64,000 nucleotides of DNA from Kiloniellales bacterium (GCA_030064845.1 JASJEC010000003.1:69138-133137), one strand, 5' to 3'; shown: positions 28,300 to 37,243, counted from the stretch's first letter. Translations and numbers: made by a program. The notes: generated by a model not told the origin, from the letters alone.

Positions 28300-28776
28300 A
28301 TGTGGCGAATTCTTTGCGCGGCGCTCGTCCTGCTCGCGGCCTCGGCGCAATCCGGGAATGCGGCGCAACGCTCCCTCGCCTTCGTGCAGAACGACGGCAC
28401 GCTCAAGATCCGCGGACAGATCTTTCACCTCTACGGGACCTTCCAGCCGCCGACCAACCGGACCTGCCGCTTCCAGATCAGGCCGCTGCGCTGCGCGCCC
28501 CGTTCGGTCGAGGCGCTGCACTTCCGGGTCGACCGGATGGTGACCTGCGAGAAGGTGAGCCGGAACCGGGACCGGAGCTACAATGCCTTCTGCTACGTGC
28601 GCGACGACGGCGACCCCTTCGGCCCCATGGTCGACCTGGGCGCCTGGCTGATCTACCAGGGCTGGGCCGTGGCCACGCCCGACGCCCCCTTCGAATACAC
28701 CGCCTATGAAAGTATCGCCCGCAAAGCGGGCCGCGGAATCTGGGGCTTTCAGGTGGACACCATCACCAATCGTTAG
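28300..28776 (+). CDS. secreted SNase (thermonuclease)-fold protein, active site apparently non-canonical
   Basis: 158 aa with a signal peptide (MWRILCAALVLLAASAQSGNA). The C-terminal part LGAWLIYQGWAVA...YTAYESIARKAGRGIWG is SNase-like. The canonical DGDT...RLxGIDAPE region reads NDGT...HLYGTFQPP. Confidence 0.55.
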   Translation: MWRILCAALVLLAASAQSGNAAQRSLAFVQNDGTLKIRGQIFHLYGTFQPPTNRTCRFQIRPLRCAPRSVEALHFRVDRMVTCEKVSRNRDRSYNAFCYVRDDGDPFGPMVDLGAWLIYQGWAVATPDAPFEYTAYESIARKAGRGIWGFQVDTITNR

Positions 28777-28857
28777 GGTCTACCTTCTAGTTTCGAACCG
28801 AGAGTGCATCCGCACGGTCTCAGTTCCTGGAACCAATCGATAACTTCTGGTGATTTC

Positions 28858-29310
28858 ATGCAAGGCGATGAGCTTTACGGGATCGGGATCCAATTGTGGA
28901 TCGTTGGTTTCGACTGCGATCCCGATGAAATCTCCAAGCACCTCGATCTGCAGCCAACCCGAATAGTGCGAAAGGGGCAGAGCTTTCCACCGCCTCGCGA
29001 TCCGCGGCATAGGGCAAAGCTGAATCTCTGGGCTCTGACACCTGAGATCGCGTTGTCTGATCCTTTGTCTCATTGCATTGAAGTAAGCCGACTCCTCGAG
29101 CCCCTGAGAGCGGCGCTGGAGCCAAGGCTCGACCGACTGGCGACCTTGCCATCCTGCGCCGCCAACTCGCCTCGCATCAGCATCTACGTGAGTCCGTGGG
29201 AGATCACACCGTCCTTCGAGTTCACGCCGGATGACTTTGATTTTCTCAAACGACTTGGTCTCCCTTTCGAGATCGACATCCAAAACTACGGACCCGAAGA
29301 GGACGAGTAG
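28858..29310 (+). CDS. hypothetical protein (possibly DUF4279-like), low-GC gene
   Basis: ORF 28804..29310 with an in-frame ATG at 28858. About 50% GC in the first 120 nt by my count. The pattern IQLWIVGFDCDPDEISKHLDLQPTRIVRKGQ reminds me of DUF4279, but this is from memory only. Confidence 0.45.
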   Translation: MQGDELYGIGIQLWIVGFDCDPDEISKHLDLQPTRIVRKGQSFPPPRDPRHRAKLNLWALTPEIALSDPLSHCIEVSRLLEPLRAALEPRLDRLATLPSCAANSPRISIYVSPWEITPSFEFTPDDFDFLKRLGLPFEIDIQNYGPEEDE

Positions 29311-29429
29311 CACCCCCGGTGTCGGCGCTTAGGAATGTCGACGCCGGCAGCAGCCTGACAGATGGCGCCAAGGCTCGAACGAAGGCATCTGGGACCTTCC
29401 GGTCGATGGCCGCACCGCCAAGCCCTTGC

Positions 29430-29496
29430 CCCCTCACCCTCCCACTTCGCGGGTCCCTCCCTCTCCCCCTGAGGGGGAGAGGGCCGGGGTGAGGGG
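29430..29496. repeat. family D nested-hairpin element, single unit
   Basis: Outer stem CCCCTCACCC / GGGGTGAGGGG encloses the inner hairpin CCCTCTCCCC-CTGAG-GGGGAGAGGG. Confidence 0.8.
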
Positions 29497-29590
29497 ATCG
29501 CCTAGGCAGGGACTTCAGCAGTCTTCAAGCCGGTCGCCAAGCGGCCGCGCCTCGCCTAGAGTGCTCAGTCAGAACAAGGGAGGCGCGGCC

Positions 29591-30847
29591 ATGAAGGTGC
29601 TGGTCATGGGCGCCGGCGTGATCGGCGTGACGACGGCCTACCGCCTGTTGAAGGACGGCCACGAGGTCACGGTGATCGAGCGCAACGCCACCGCGGCCGA
29701 AGAGACCAGCGCCAACAACGCCGGCCTCGTCGCGCCGGGCCACGCCTACGCCTGGTCCTCGCCCAAGGCGCCGATGATGCTCTTGCGATCGCTGTGGCGG
29801 GACGACCAGGCGCTGCGCTTCAAGCTGCGTCCCGACCCGCGGCTGTGGCACTGGTCCTGGCTGTTCCTCCGGCAGTGCACGGCGGAGCGGGCGCGCCTCA
29901 ACACCCTGCGCAAGCACCAGCTCTGCCTCTACGCCCAGGGCGCCCTGCGCGAGACCGTCGCCGAGACCGGGCTGACCTACGACGGCGCGCAGAAGGGCCT
30001 GCTCTATCTCTACCGTTCGGCCGAGTCCTTCGAGCGCGGCGCGGCCAGCACCGAGATCCTGGCGAACGACGGGCAGGAGCTGCGCGCCATCGACCGCGAC
30101 GAGGCCGCCCGCATCGATCCGGCGCTGGCGCCGGTGAAGGAGAAGTTCGCCGGCGCGGTCTACTGCCCGACCGACGAGAGCGGCGACTCCCGGCTCTTCA
30201 CCCTCGGCCTCGCCGAGCGCTGCGTCGAACTGGGCGGAACCTTCCTTTACGAGCGCAGCATCACCGGCTTCGACACCGAAGGCGGCCGGATCACCGGCGT
30301 GCGCACCAAGGGTGGCACAGGCGGGGGCACCGAGACCGCCGACGCCTACGTCATGGCGCTCGGCCCGCAGAGCCCCCAGCTGGCGCGCCAGCTCGGCGTC
30401 AACTTGCCGATCTATCCGGTGAAAGGCTATTCGGTCACCCTGCCGGTCGCCGGGCGCAACAATCCGCCGACCGTCGGCGGCGTCGACGAGGACAACCTGG
30501 TCGCCTACCTGCGTATGGGCCAGCGCCTGCGGGTCACGGCCACGGCCGAGTTCTCCGGCTACGACCTCTCCACCAAGGCCTCGGACTTCGACGGGATGCT
30601 GGGCGTCGCCAAGGACATCTTCCCGGAAGGCGCCGACTACGCGCGGCCGACCTACCGCGCCTGCCTCAGGCCCATGACGCCCGAGGGCACGCCGCGCTTC
30701 GGCCTCGGCCCGCAGAGCAATCTCTATTACAATGCCGGACACGGCCACATGGGCTGGACCATGGCGAGCGGCGCCGCGCGGATCACCGCCGACCTGATCG
30801 CCGGGCGCCGGCCGGAGTTCGATATCACGGGCATGACGCTGCAGTAG
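29591..30847 (+). CDS. D-amino-acid dehydrogenase-like FAD-dependent oxidoreductase (DAO family)
   Basis: ORF 29426..30847. ATG 29591 follows GGGAGG. MKVLVMGAGVIGVTTAYRL Rossmann motif, and a C-terminal NAGHGHMGWTM typical of DadA-type enzymes. Confidence 0.85.
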   Translation: MKVLVMGAGVIGVTTAYRLLKDGHEVTVIERNATAAEETSANNAGLVAPGHAYAWSSPKAPMMLLRSLWRDDQALRFKLRPDPRLWHWSWLFLRQCTAERARLNTLRKHQLCLYAQGALRETVAETGLTYDGAQKGLLYLYRSAESFERGAASTEILANDGQELRAIDRDEAARIDPALAPVKEKFAGAVYCPTDESGDSRLFTLGLAERCVELGGTFLYERSITGFDTEGGRITGVRTKGGTGGGTETADAYVMALGPQSPQLARQLGVNLPIYPVKGYSVTLPVAGRNNPPTVGGVDEDNLVAYLRMGQRLRVTATAEFSGYDLSTKASDFDGMLGVAKDIFPEGADYARPTYRACLRPMTPEGTPRFGLGPQSNLYYNAGHGHMGWTMASGAARITADLIAGRRPEFDITGMTLQ

Positions 30848-30877
30848 AAGCCGCGGCGCAGCGGCTAGCCGGCACCA

Positions 30878-30953
30878 TCACCCTTCGACAAGCTCAGGGT
30901 GAGGGACGTATGTTTCAGAGAGATTCCCTCATCCTGAGCTTGTCGAAGGATGA
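30878..30953. repeat. palindromic REP-like element, family C (CCTTCGACAAGCTCAGGGTGAG arms)
   Basis: TCACCCTTCGACAAGCTCAGGGTGAGGG - 20 nt - CCCTCATCCTGAGCTTGTCGAAGGATGA. The arm sequence recurs at 37131..37205. Confidence 0.85.
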
Positions 30954-30995
30954 CGGCGATCAAGGGCGCAAGAGCCTGAGCCATTGGAGGCGAGA

Positions 30996-31793
30996 ATGAG
31001 CACCACTTTGACCCTCGACCAAGGCGCCGAGGGCCTGATCGAGAACCGGCGCAACATTCCCTTCGAGACCGACGAGGGCATCGCGGCGCGGGCCGCCATC
31101 GGGGTCATCGTGCTCGGCTCCGACAACACGATCGAGTACGAGTTCCGCCGCCTCATCGACCTGCCGGGCGTGGCCTTCTTCGAGAGCCGCATCGCCAACG
31201 ACCCGACCATCACGCCCGAGACGCTGAAGGCCATGGAGGCCGGCCTGGAGGAGGCCGCCGGCGTGATCCTGCCCGGCGTCCCGCTCGACGTCATGGCCTA
31301 CGGCTGCACCTCGGGCGCCATGATGATCGGCGACGAGAAGGTCGCCGCGCAGATCCACAAGGCCAGGCCGGGGATCGCCTGCACCAACCCCATGGTCGCC
31401 GCCTGCGCCGCCTTCGAGGCGCTGGGCTGCCGGCGCATCGCCTTGCTTACCCCCTACCTCGACGAGATCAACCAGGCCATGCGCGCGCGCATCCTGGAGG
31501 GCGGCTTCGAGGTGCCGGTCATGGGCTCGTTCAACGAGCCCGACGACAACAGGGTCGCGCGCATCTCTGCGGCCTCGCTGCGCGCCGCCGCGGTCGACCT
31601 CGGGTCCTCGGATCAGGTCGACGCGGTCTTCGTCTCCTGCACCTCGATACGTCTGGCAGACGGCATCGAGGAACTGGAAGCCGAGCTCGGCAAGCCGGTG
31701 ACCTCGAGCAACCACGCCGTGGCCTGGCACTGCCTGAGGCTCGCAGGAATCCAGGACAAGCGCGACGGCTGCGGGCAGCTGTTCCGGGTCTAG
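30996..31793 (+). CDS. Asp/Glu/hydantoin racemase superfamily protein (maleate isomerase / arylmalonate decarboxylase / EutA-like)
   Basis: ORF 30984..31793. ATG 30996 lies 5 nt after GGAGG. It has two conserved Cys contexts (YGCTSGA and VSCTS) and the overall size of the family. Confidence 0.75.
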   Translation: MSTTLTLDQGAEGLIENRRNIPFETDEGIAARAAIGVIVLGSDNTIEYEFRRLIDLPGVAFFESRIANDPTITPETLKAMEAGLEEAAGVILPGVPLDVMAYGCTSGAMMIGDEKVAAQIHKARPGIACTNPMVAACAAFEALGCRRIALLTPYLDEINQAMRARILEGGFEVPVMGSFNEPDDNRVARISAASLRAAAVDLGSSDQVDAVFVSCTSIRLADGIEELEAELGKPVTSSNHAVAWHCLRLAGIQDKRDGCGQLFRV

Positions 31794-31932
31794 GTAAAGG
31801 CCTCGCCGTAGAGCGGCGTCAAAGGGATCTATTTGGAACGTCTTGGCTTAGCCAAGACCGGAAATTAGCGGTGCCCTTGCGGCAAAACCATAGCAAGTCC
31901 ACGAGTGCAACATACGAAAAAGGGCGAGAAAG

Positions 31933-32862
31933 ATGACAAATTCACCTGATCCCGAGCCACGACATTTCGAGTGGATGGAGTACTACAAGGAGTTCACCTA
32001 TTTCTCACCAAAAGACGTAAGGGACGGCTGCCATCCACGTATCATGCTTCATGCCGCGCCGGCAAGAAACGCAATCGTCCTGGTCCACGGATTATCGGAC
32101 TCACCGCACTTCGTTTCTTCAATAGGCCAACACTTCCACGAGAAACTGGGGTTCGATGTCTACCTGCCGCTCTTACAGTGCCACGGTCTACGGGAGCCGC
32201 GTGGCATGGAAACGGTCGATCTGGCGGAGTGGAAACGGAACGTACGCTTTGCGATGCGAAAAGCGCAGGAAAGATCGGAAAGAATATCCATCGGCGGGCT
32301 CTCTACCGGTGGCACGCTAAGCTTCTACATGGCCGCGACCAAGCCGGCAGTGAATGGTGATCTCTACCTTTTCTCGGCGGCGCTCGACCTCGCTGGTGGC
32401 CACATGGGGTTGCTCGGTGAGTTGAAAGAACGTGTCTTGAGAACCTTCCTGGCGGATATTCTTGATCAGGAGAAGCCGCTTGTTGGCTCCAATCCATACC
32501 GCTACAGCCACATCGACATGGATGCAGCTCAAGAGCTCGCCTATCTGATCAAGGAAACCGACGACCTCATCGACGGATTTGACCACAAATGTCCCTTCCC
32601 GAGGCGCATCTTTATTGCTCATTCAGAATCGGATTCAACGGCCGACATCAGTGGCGTTGAGAATCTTTGCGAAAAAGTATCGGGAGATGAGTCGCTAGTC
32701 TTTTATAGAATTCCAGAGAGTCGCGGTGTCTCCCACGCAAGCCTCGTACTGAAAGACCCAATTCGGGACAACGGCAAGATTCTCGAGGCGGAGAACCCGC
32801 TTTTCGAAGACATGATGAAGGAGGCCGGTGCTTTCGCGCTGAAACACGGGCCTTCTGATTGA
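31933..32862 (+). CDS. alpha/beta-hydrolase (carboxylesterase-like), low-GC gene
   Basis: 309 aa. VLVHGLSDSPH, the nucleophile elbow GGLSTGG, and later SESDS and SHASL consistent with a Ser-Asp-His triad. GC is visibly far below the flanks. Confidence 0.7.
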   Translation: MTNSPDPEPRHFEWMEYYKEFTYFSPKDVRDGCHPRIMLHAAPARNAIVLVHGLSDSPHFVSSIGQHFHEKLGFDVYLPLLQCHGLREPRGMETVDLAEWKRNVRFAMRKAQERSERISIGGLSTGGTLSFYMAATKPAVNGDLYLFSAALDLAGGHMGLLGELKERVLRTFLADILDQEKPLVGSNPYRYSHIDMDAAQELAYLIKETDDLIDGFDHKCPFPRRIFIAHSESDSTADISGVENLCEKVSGDESLVFYRIPESRGVSHASLVLKDPIRDNGKILEAENPLFEDMMKEAGAFALKHGPSD

Positions 32863-32900
32863 TCGCCGAAACGTTCGGCACTTGCGGGGTTTCAAGCGCC

Positions 32901-34382
32901 TCACCCTGCCGCGTTGATCGACTGCCAGCTCATCCCGGGTGGCGGTGAGTAGGCAAAGCCGCTCATCTTCTCGCGCACCCTCGCCTCACCGCCGTGCAGC
33001 TCGATCAAGGCCCTTTGATCCGCTTTTGCCTGCGCATCCACGGCTTCCGGGTCGAGCTTGGCCCGCAGCAAGCCGATCATTCTCTCGACCTGCGCCCGGT
33101 TGCCGGCGTCGAGGGCCAAGTCCCGCGCCTCCTGCGGATCGGCGGAAAGGTCGAAGAGCTGGGGCTCCATGCCGACGAAGTAGATCAGCTTCAAAGGCCC
33201 CTCGCGCAGAACGAAGCCAGCCGACTTGGTGCCGGTGCCATGGTACTCGGCGAAGTTGGAGCAGCGCCGCTCGCGGCCGCGGATCAAGGGCCAGAGGCTG
33301 CGAGCCTCGAGGCCCTGCTCTTCGGCCGTCGGAGGAAGGCCGCAGCCTTCGAGGATCGTCGGGTAGAGGTCGACATGGGACACCGGGTCGCCGAGCCGGG
33401 CGCCGGACGGGATCTGCGGACCGGCCAGTATCAGGGGAACCCGCAGCGCCTCCTCGAAGAGATGAAAGAGACCGAAGATGTAGTGGTCGCCGCAACTGAA
33501 GCCGTGATCCGAGGTGTAGACGACACGGGTGGTCTCCGCCAGGCCGAGCCCCTCCAGCGTCCCGAGGACACGACCGACGAGATCGTCCAGGTAGCTCACC
33601 GTGGCGAAGTAGGCCGCCCGGACGGCTTGAACCTGCGCCAGCGTAACGTCGGGCTGGTGGCAGACGATGTCCCGCAGGTGACGGATCGAGGGGTGGTCCG
33701 GGCGCTCGTCCTCGTGGAACCGGATGGGGGGCGGCAGATCGGAGGGGTCGTAGAGCTTGTAGAACTTCTCGGGCGTCACAAAGGGCGCGTGGGCGGCGAT
33801 GAAATGGACCGACAAGGCCCAGGGCGCGACGCTCGAGACGGCTTCCTCCCGCAGCCAAGCTTGAGCCGCCGCGACGATGCGTTCGTCGTAGCGGCGGTAG
33901 GGCGACAAGTCTCCGGCGCCGAACTGCGACGTCCAGATGTCCCAAAGGCCCCGATAGCAGGGCTCCGCATCCTTGAAGCGCAGCGCGCTCACCAGGTCGC
34001 CGATGCCGTCGGCGATCTGCATGGTTTCCATGAAGCGGCTGAAGCCGTAGTCGTCCGTATCGTCGCGGAAGTGCATCTTGCCGACGCCGACGGTCTCGTA
34101 GCCGGCGCCACGAAGCCGCTTCATCCAGCTGTCGCGGACTCCGTCGTAGGCGATCGAGGAATCCCAGTAGCCGCTTTCGTGCGGGAAGCGGCCCGTGGCG
34201 ACGGCCGCGCGGGCGGGAACGCAGAGCGGGCTCGCACAATAGGCGGACTCGAAGAGCAGGCCCCGCTTTGCCAGGGCGTCGAGGTTCGGCGTCTTGATCC
34301 AGGGATTGCCCAAGGCCCCGAGCAGATCCGGCGCATGGCTTTCACCGAGCAGGAACAGGAGGTTTGGCGGCTCTTCCGGCAT
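32901..34382 (-). CDS. sulfatase family protein (formylglycine-type)
   Basis: 493 aa. NLLFLLGESH and the CVPARAAVATGR (C-x-P-x-R) formylglycine motif. Also YTSDHG. Confidence 0.85.
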   Translation of the reverse strand: MPEEPPNLLFLLGESHAPDLLGALGNPWIKTPNLDALAKRGLLFESAYCASPLCVPARAAVATGRFPHESGYWDSSIAYDGVRDSWMKRLRGAGYETVGVGKMHFRDDTDDYGFSRFMETMQIADGIGDLVSALRFKDAEPCYRGLWDIWTSQFGAGDLSPYRRYDERIVAAAQAWLREEAVSSVAPWALSVHFIAAHAPFVTPEKFYKLYDPSDLPPPIRFHEDERPDHPSIRHLRDIVCHQPDVTLAQVQAVRAAYFATVSYLDDLVGRVLGTLEGLGLAETTRVVYTSDHGFSCGDHYIFGLFHLFEEALRVPLILAGPQIPSGARLGDPVSHVDLYPTILEGCGLPPTAEEQGLEARSLWPLIRGRERRCSNFAEYHGTGTKSAGFVLREGPLKLIYFVGMEPQLFDLSADPQEARDLALDAGNRAQVERMIGLLRAKLDPEAVDAQAKADQRALIELHGGEARVREKMSGFAYSPPPGMSWQSINAAG

Positions 34383-34466
34383 CCGGGACGAAATGGGATC
34401 TCCTCACGGGTCGTCTTGAACTGCGGTCAACCACCACAAGAAAGAGCGTTTACGGCCGAGAAGAAT

Positions 34467-35351
34467 CTAGTTCGGCGGTAGCGCACAGACCTGGTCGTAG
34501 CGGTAGCGTTCCTTGATCAGGCCGTTGTACTCGAAGACGTCGAGCGTCTTCTGGTAGGCCGCCTCGGTGATCTCGACGTGGGGCGTCCAGCAGCCGAGCT
34601 TCTGGTAGGTCGCGATGCAGTCGGTCAGCACGGCCTCGTCGATGTCGGGGAAGTAGGGCTTCTCGGCCTTGGCGATCTCGGCGGCCGGGGTCTCGTTCAT
34701 GTAGACCCGGGTCTTGCGGTAGGCCCGCATGAAGGCCCGGGCCATGTCGGTCTCGAGCCATTCGCGGGTGGCGGCCAGGCTGGAGAAGCCGCAAGGGCCG
34801 ATCAGCGGGCCGACCTGCGCCACGACGTGGCCGACGCCGTCGGCCTGGAGCTGCTGCGGGAAGGGCCCCTGCTGCTGGACATAGAGGCCCTGCCCTTCGC
34901 GGAAGGCCTTGTCGATGTCGGCCGCCCCGCCCGGGTTGATCGGCTTGATCCTGTCGAAGTCGATACCGGCCTTGTGGCAGGCGTACTTGAACATGGCGAG
35001 CGGCTGCCCGCCCTTGAAGAGAACGACCTCGGCGCCTTCCAGCTTGTCCCAGGTGAAGTCGGGGTCGGCCTCGCGCCCGGTCAGAAAGAAGCCGTCCATC
35101 TCGTTGACCTGGGCGAAGTGCACCGTGGCCGGGGTCTCGCCCTTGTTGAGCGGCCCGAAGCCCTGGCTGAGCGCCGACTGCACGACATGGACCGACCCCT
35201 CGCTCAAGGCGCCCAGCGCCGAGGTTCCCGGCGGCGACACCGACCACTCGGGCTCCAGCCCCTCGTCCCGGAGAAAACCGCCCGACATCGCCGAGATCAG
35301 CGGCGAGTAGAAGGCGGAGAACAAGGTGAACTGGATGTTGATCTGGGCCAA
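34467..35351 (-). CDS. NMT1/THI5-like (NitT/TauT-type substrate-binding fold) protein, no signal peptide
   Basis: ORF 34467..35435. TTG 35351 is preceded by AGGGGAGGG. The fold assignment is from general sequence resemblance and is tentative. Confidence 0.55.
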   Translation of the reverse strand: MAQINIQFTLFSAFYSPLISAMSGGFLRDEGLEPEWSVSPPGTSALGALSEGSVHVVQSALSQGFGPLNKGETPATVHFAQVNEMDGFFLTGREADPDFTWDKLEGAEVVLFKGGQPLAMFKYACHKAGIDFDRIKPINPGGAADIDKAFREGQGLYVQQQGPFPQQLQADGVGHVVAQVGPLIGPCGFSSLAATREWLETDMARAFMRAYRKTRVYMNETPAAEIAKAEKPYFPDIDEAVLTDCIATYQKLGCWTPHVEITEAAYQKTLDVFEYNGLIKERYRYDQVCALPPN

Positions 35352-35503
35352 GGCGCCCTCCCCTCTGCAGCATCGTTCGAAGTCGCACAACTCTAGGCCA
35401 TGACGCGTCCTGCCGCGACCCAAGAGACCCCGCAATTAACGAAATCCTGGTCTTTCGGCGCGACACTCCCGCTCCCCCCAGTCGGCCCCAGGAGAGCGAC
35501 GCG

Positions 35504-35722
35504 ATGAAGTACTGCCGCAGCTGCCGGAGCTTCGCCCCCAGCGGCGAGGAGCTCGACCGCGACGACCCGGAGATCCTCAACCAGAAGGTCAAGGTCGGCG
35601 AGTGCCGGCGCTACGCCCCGCGTCCTGCGACGGTCTCGGAACTGGGCACCAAGGTGATGAACGCCTGGCCGACCGTCGCCTCGGACTACGGCTGCGGTGA
35701 GTGGGATCCGGCCTTCGAGTAG
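35504..35722 (+). CDS. small Cys-rich hypothetical protein (72 aa)
   Basis: GGAGAG RBS. CRSC near the N-terminus plus two further Cys (ECRRY, GCGEW). High GC3. No family recognised. Confidence 0.45.
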   Translation: MKYCRSCRSFAPSGEELDRDDPEILNQKVKVGECRRYAPRPATVSELGTKVMNAWPTVASDYGCGEWDPAFE

Positions 35723-35765
35723 TCCCGGTCGCCGCTTGACGACCGCAGGAAACCCCTGACCGAAT

Positions 35766-35857
35766 TGTCATGCCCGGACTTGATCCGGGCATCCAGGGAC
35801 CACGCGCAAATCCGGTGCCGCTACTCCTGGATGGCCGGATCGAGTCCGGCCATGACA
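35766..35857. repeat. family B 92-bp palindromic element, second copy
   Basis: TGTCATGCCCGGACTTGATCCGGGCATCCAGG ... CCTGGATGGCCGGATCGAGTCCGGCCATGACA. Lies between convergent genes. Confidence 0.85.
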
Positions 35858-35882
35858 GAAACTACAAACCTGCCGCCGCCCG

Positions 35883-37067
35883 TCACCCCAAGGCCGCCTC
35901 GAAGTCCTCCAGGATATCCTCCTCGTCCTCCAGGCCGATCGAGGCGCGGATCAGCCCGTGAGTAAGCCCCGCTCGGGCCAGGTCCTCCGCGCTGTAGGTC
36001 GCGTGGGTCATGCTCGTCGGGTGCTGCACCAGGGTCTCGCAGCCGCCCAGACTAACCGCCCGGCTGGCCAGCTTCAGCGCGTTCATGAAATGCCGCCCCG
36101 CGTCTGCGCCGCCCTTGAGCTCGAAGGCGAGCAGGCCGCCGAAGTCGCTCATCTGGGCCTTGGCGACGGCGTGCCCGGGGTGGGACTCCAGTCCCGGATA
36201 GAGGACTCTGGCGACCTTGGGATGGCCCTCGAGGAAGCGGGCCAACGCCATGGCGTTACGGCTCTGGCGCTCGACCCGGACGCCCAGGGTCTTCAGGCCG
36301 CGCAGCACCAGGAAGGCGGAGAGCGGCGCCAGCGCGCCGCCGGTCAGGTAGCGCAGGCCGTGGCGGCGGGTTTGCGTGACGACCTCTTCCGGGCCGATCA
36401 GCGCGCCGGCGATCACGTCGCTGTGGCCGCCCAGGAACTTCGTCATGGAGTGGACCACGGCATCGGCGCCGCACTCGATCGGCCGCTGCAGGGCCGGCGA
36501 GGCGAAGGTGTTGTCGACCACGGTGAGGGCGCCGTGCGCCTTCGCCACTTCCGAGACGGCGCGCACGTCCACGATCGCCAGGTCCGGGTTGGCCGGCGTC
36601 TCGAAGAAGACCAGGCGGGTCTTCTCCGTGATCCCGGCCTCGACCGCCGCCGGGTCGGCCAGGTCGACCCGCTTCACCGTGACGCCGAAACGGGGCAGAC
36701 CCTCGGCGACCAAGGCGTGGGTGTTGCCGTAGAGCGTGGTGTGGGCGACGAGCTCGTCGCCCTGGTTGAGCAGCGACCAGAAGAGGCTGGAGATCGCCGC
36801 CATGCCGGAGCCGGCGGCCATGGCGGCATCGCCCCCTTCAAGATCGGCCAGACGGCTTTCCAGCAGCTCCTGCGTCGGGTTGCGGGTGCGGCCGTAGATG
36901 AAGGCCTCGCCCTGCCCGACCGCGGCCAAGGCAGCCTCCTCCACGTTCTCGAACGCGAAGGTCGAGGAGAAGTGCACCGGCGGCGTCACCGCGCCCTGCT
37001 CTTCCGACGCGTCGTAGCCGAAGTGGATCGCCCGCGTGTTGAACCCGGGGCTGCGGTTGCGGCGCAT
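35883..37067 (-). CDS. Cys/Met-metabolism PLP-dependent enzyme (methionine gamma-lyase / cystathionine gamma-synthase family)
   Basis: ORF 35883..37133, whose GTG start lies inside a repeat. ATG 37067 gives MRRNRSPGFNTRAIHFGY. The PLP-lysine motif is HSMTKFLGGHSD. Confidence 0.85.
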   Translation of the reverse strand: MRRNRSPGFNTRAIHFGYDASEEQGAVTPPVHFSSTFAFENVEEAALAAVGQGEAFIYGRTRNPTQELLESRLADLEGGDAAMAAGSGMAAISSLFWSLLNQGDELVAHTTLYGNTHALVAEGLPRFGVTVKRVDLADPAAVEAGITEKTRLVFFETPANPDLAIVDVRAVSEVAKAHGALTVVDNTFASPALQRPIECGADAVVHSMTKFLGGHSDVIAGALIGPEEVVTQTRRHGLRYLTGGALAPLSAFLVLRGLKTLGVRVERQSRNAMALARFLEGHPKVARVLYPGLESHPGHAVAKAQMSDFGGLLAFELKGGADAGRHFMNALKLASRAVSLGGCETLVQHPTSMTHATYSAEDLARAGLTHGLIRASIGLEDEEDILEDFEAALG

Positions 37068-37130
37068 GGCTTGTTCCCTAACCGTGTTGTCTTTACTGGC
37101 TGAAAGAAAATTGGAGTCCTTGATCGACGC

Positions 37131-37205
37131 CACCCTTCGACAAGCTCAGGGTGAGAATACTTTTTGGATACGACTTCCCCCTCACCCTGAGCTTGTCGAA
37201 GGGTG
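37131..37205. repeat. family C palindromic element, second copy
   Basis: CACCCTTCGACAAGCTCAGGGTGAG - 25 nt - CTCACCCTGAGCTTGTCGAAGGGTG. Lies between the PLP-enzyme gene start and the gloB stop. Confidence 0.85.
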
Positions 37206-37243
37206 ATGGCCCCGGCTAGCCGCTAAGTCAGCGGCCCGACGCA

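Noticed and set aside
27775-28521. 248-aa minus-strand ORF across the ridA and SNase-like region
   Set aside because: It is antisense to two genes with clear family or signal features. Shadow ORF.
35770-35961. Short ORFs reading through repeats (e.g. 35770..35961, 35765..35965, 22784..22993, 25406..25591, 30929..31294 start region)
   Set aside because: Their 'conserved' peptides (…PGLDPGI…, …SLSKDD…, …GEGWGEG-like…) arise from the palindromic DNA elements, read in either orientation, and lack RBS and codon bias.
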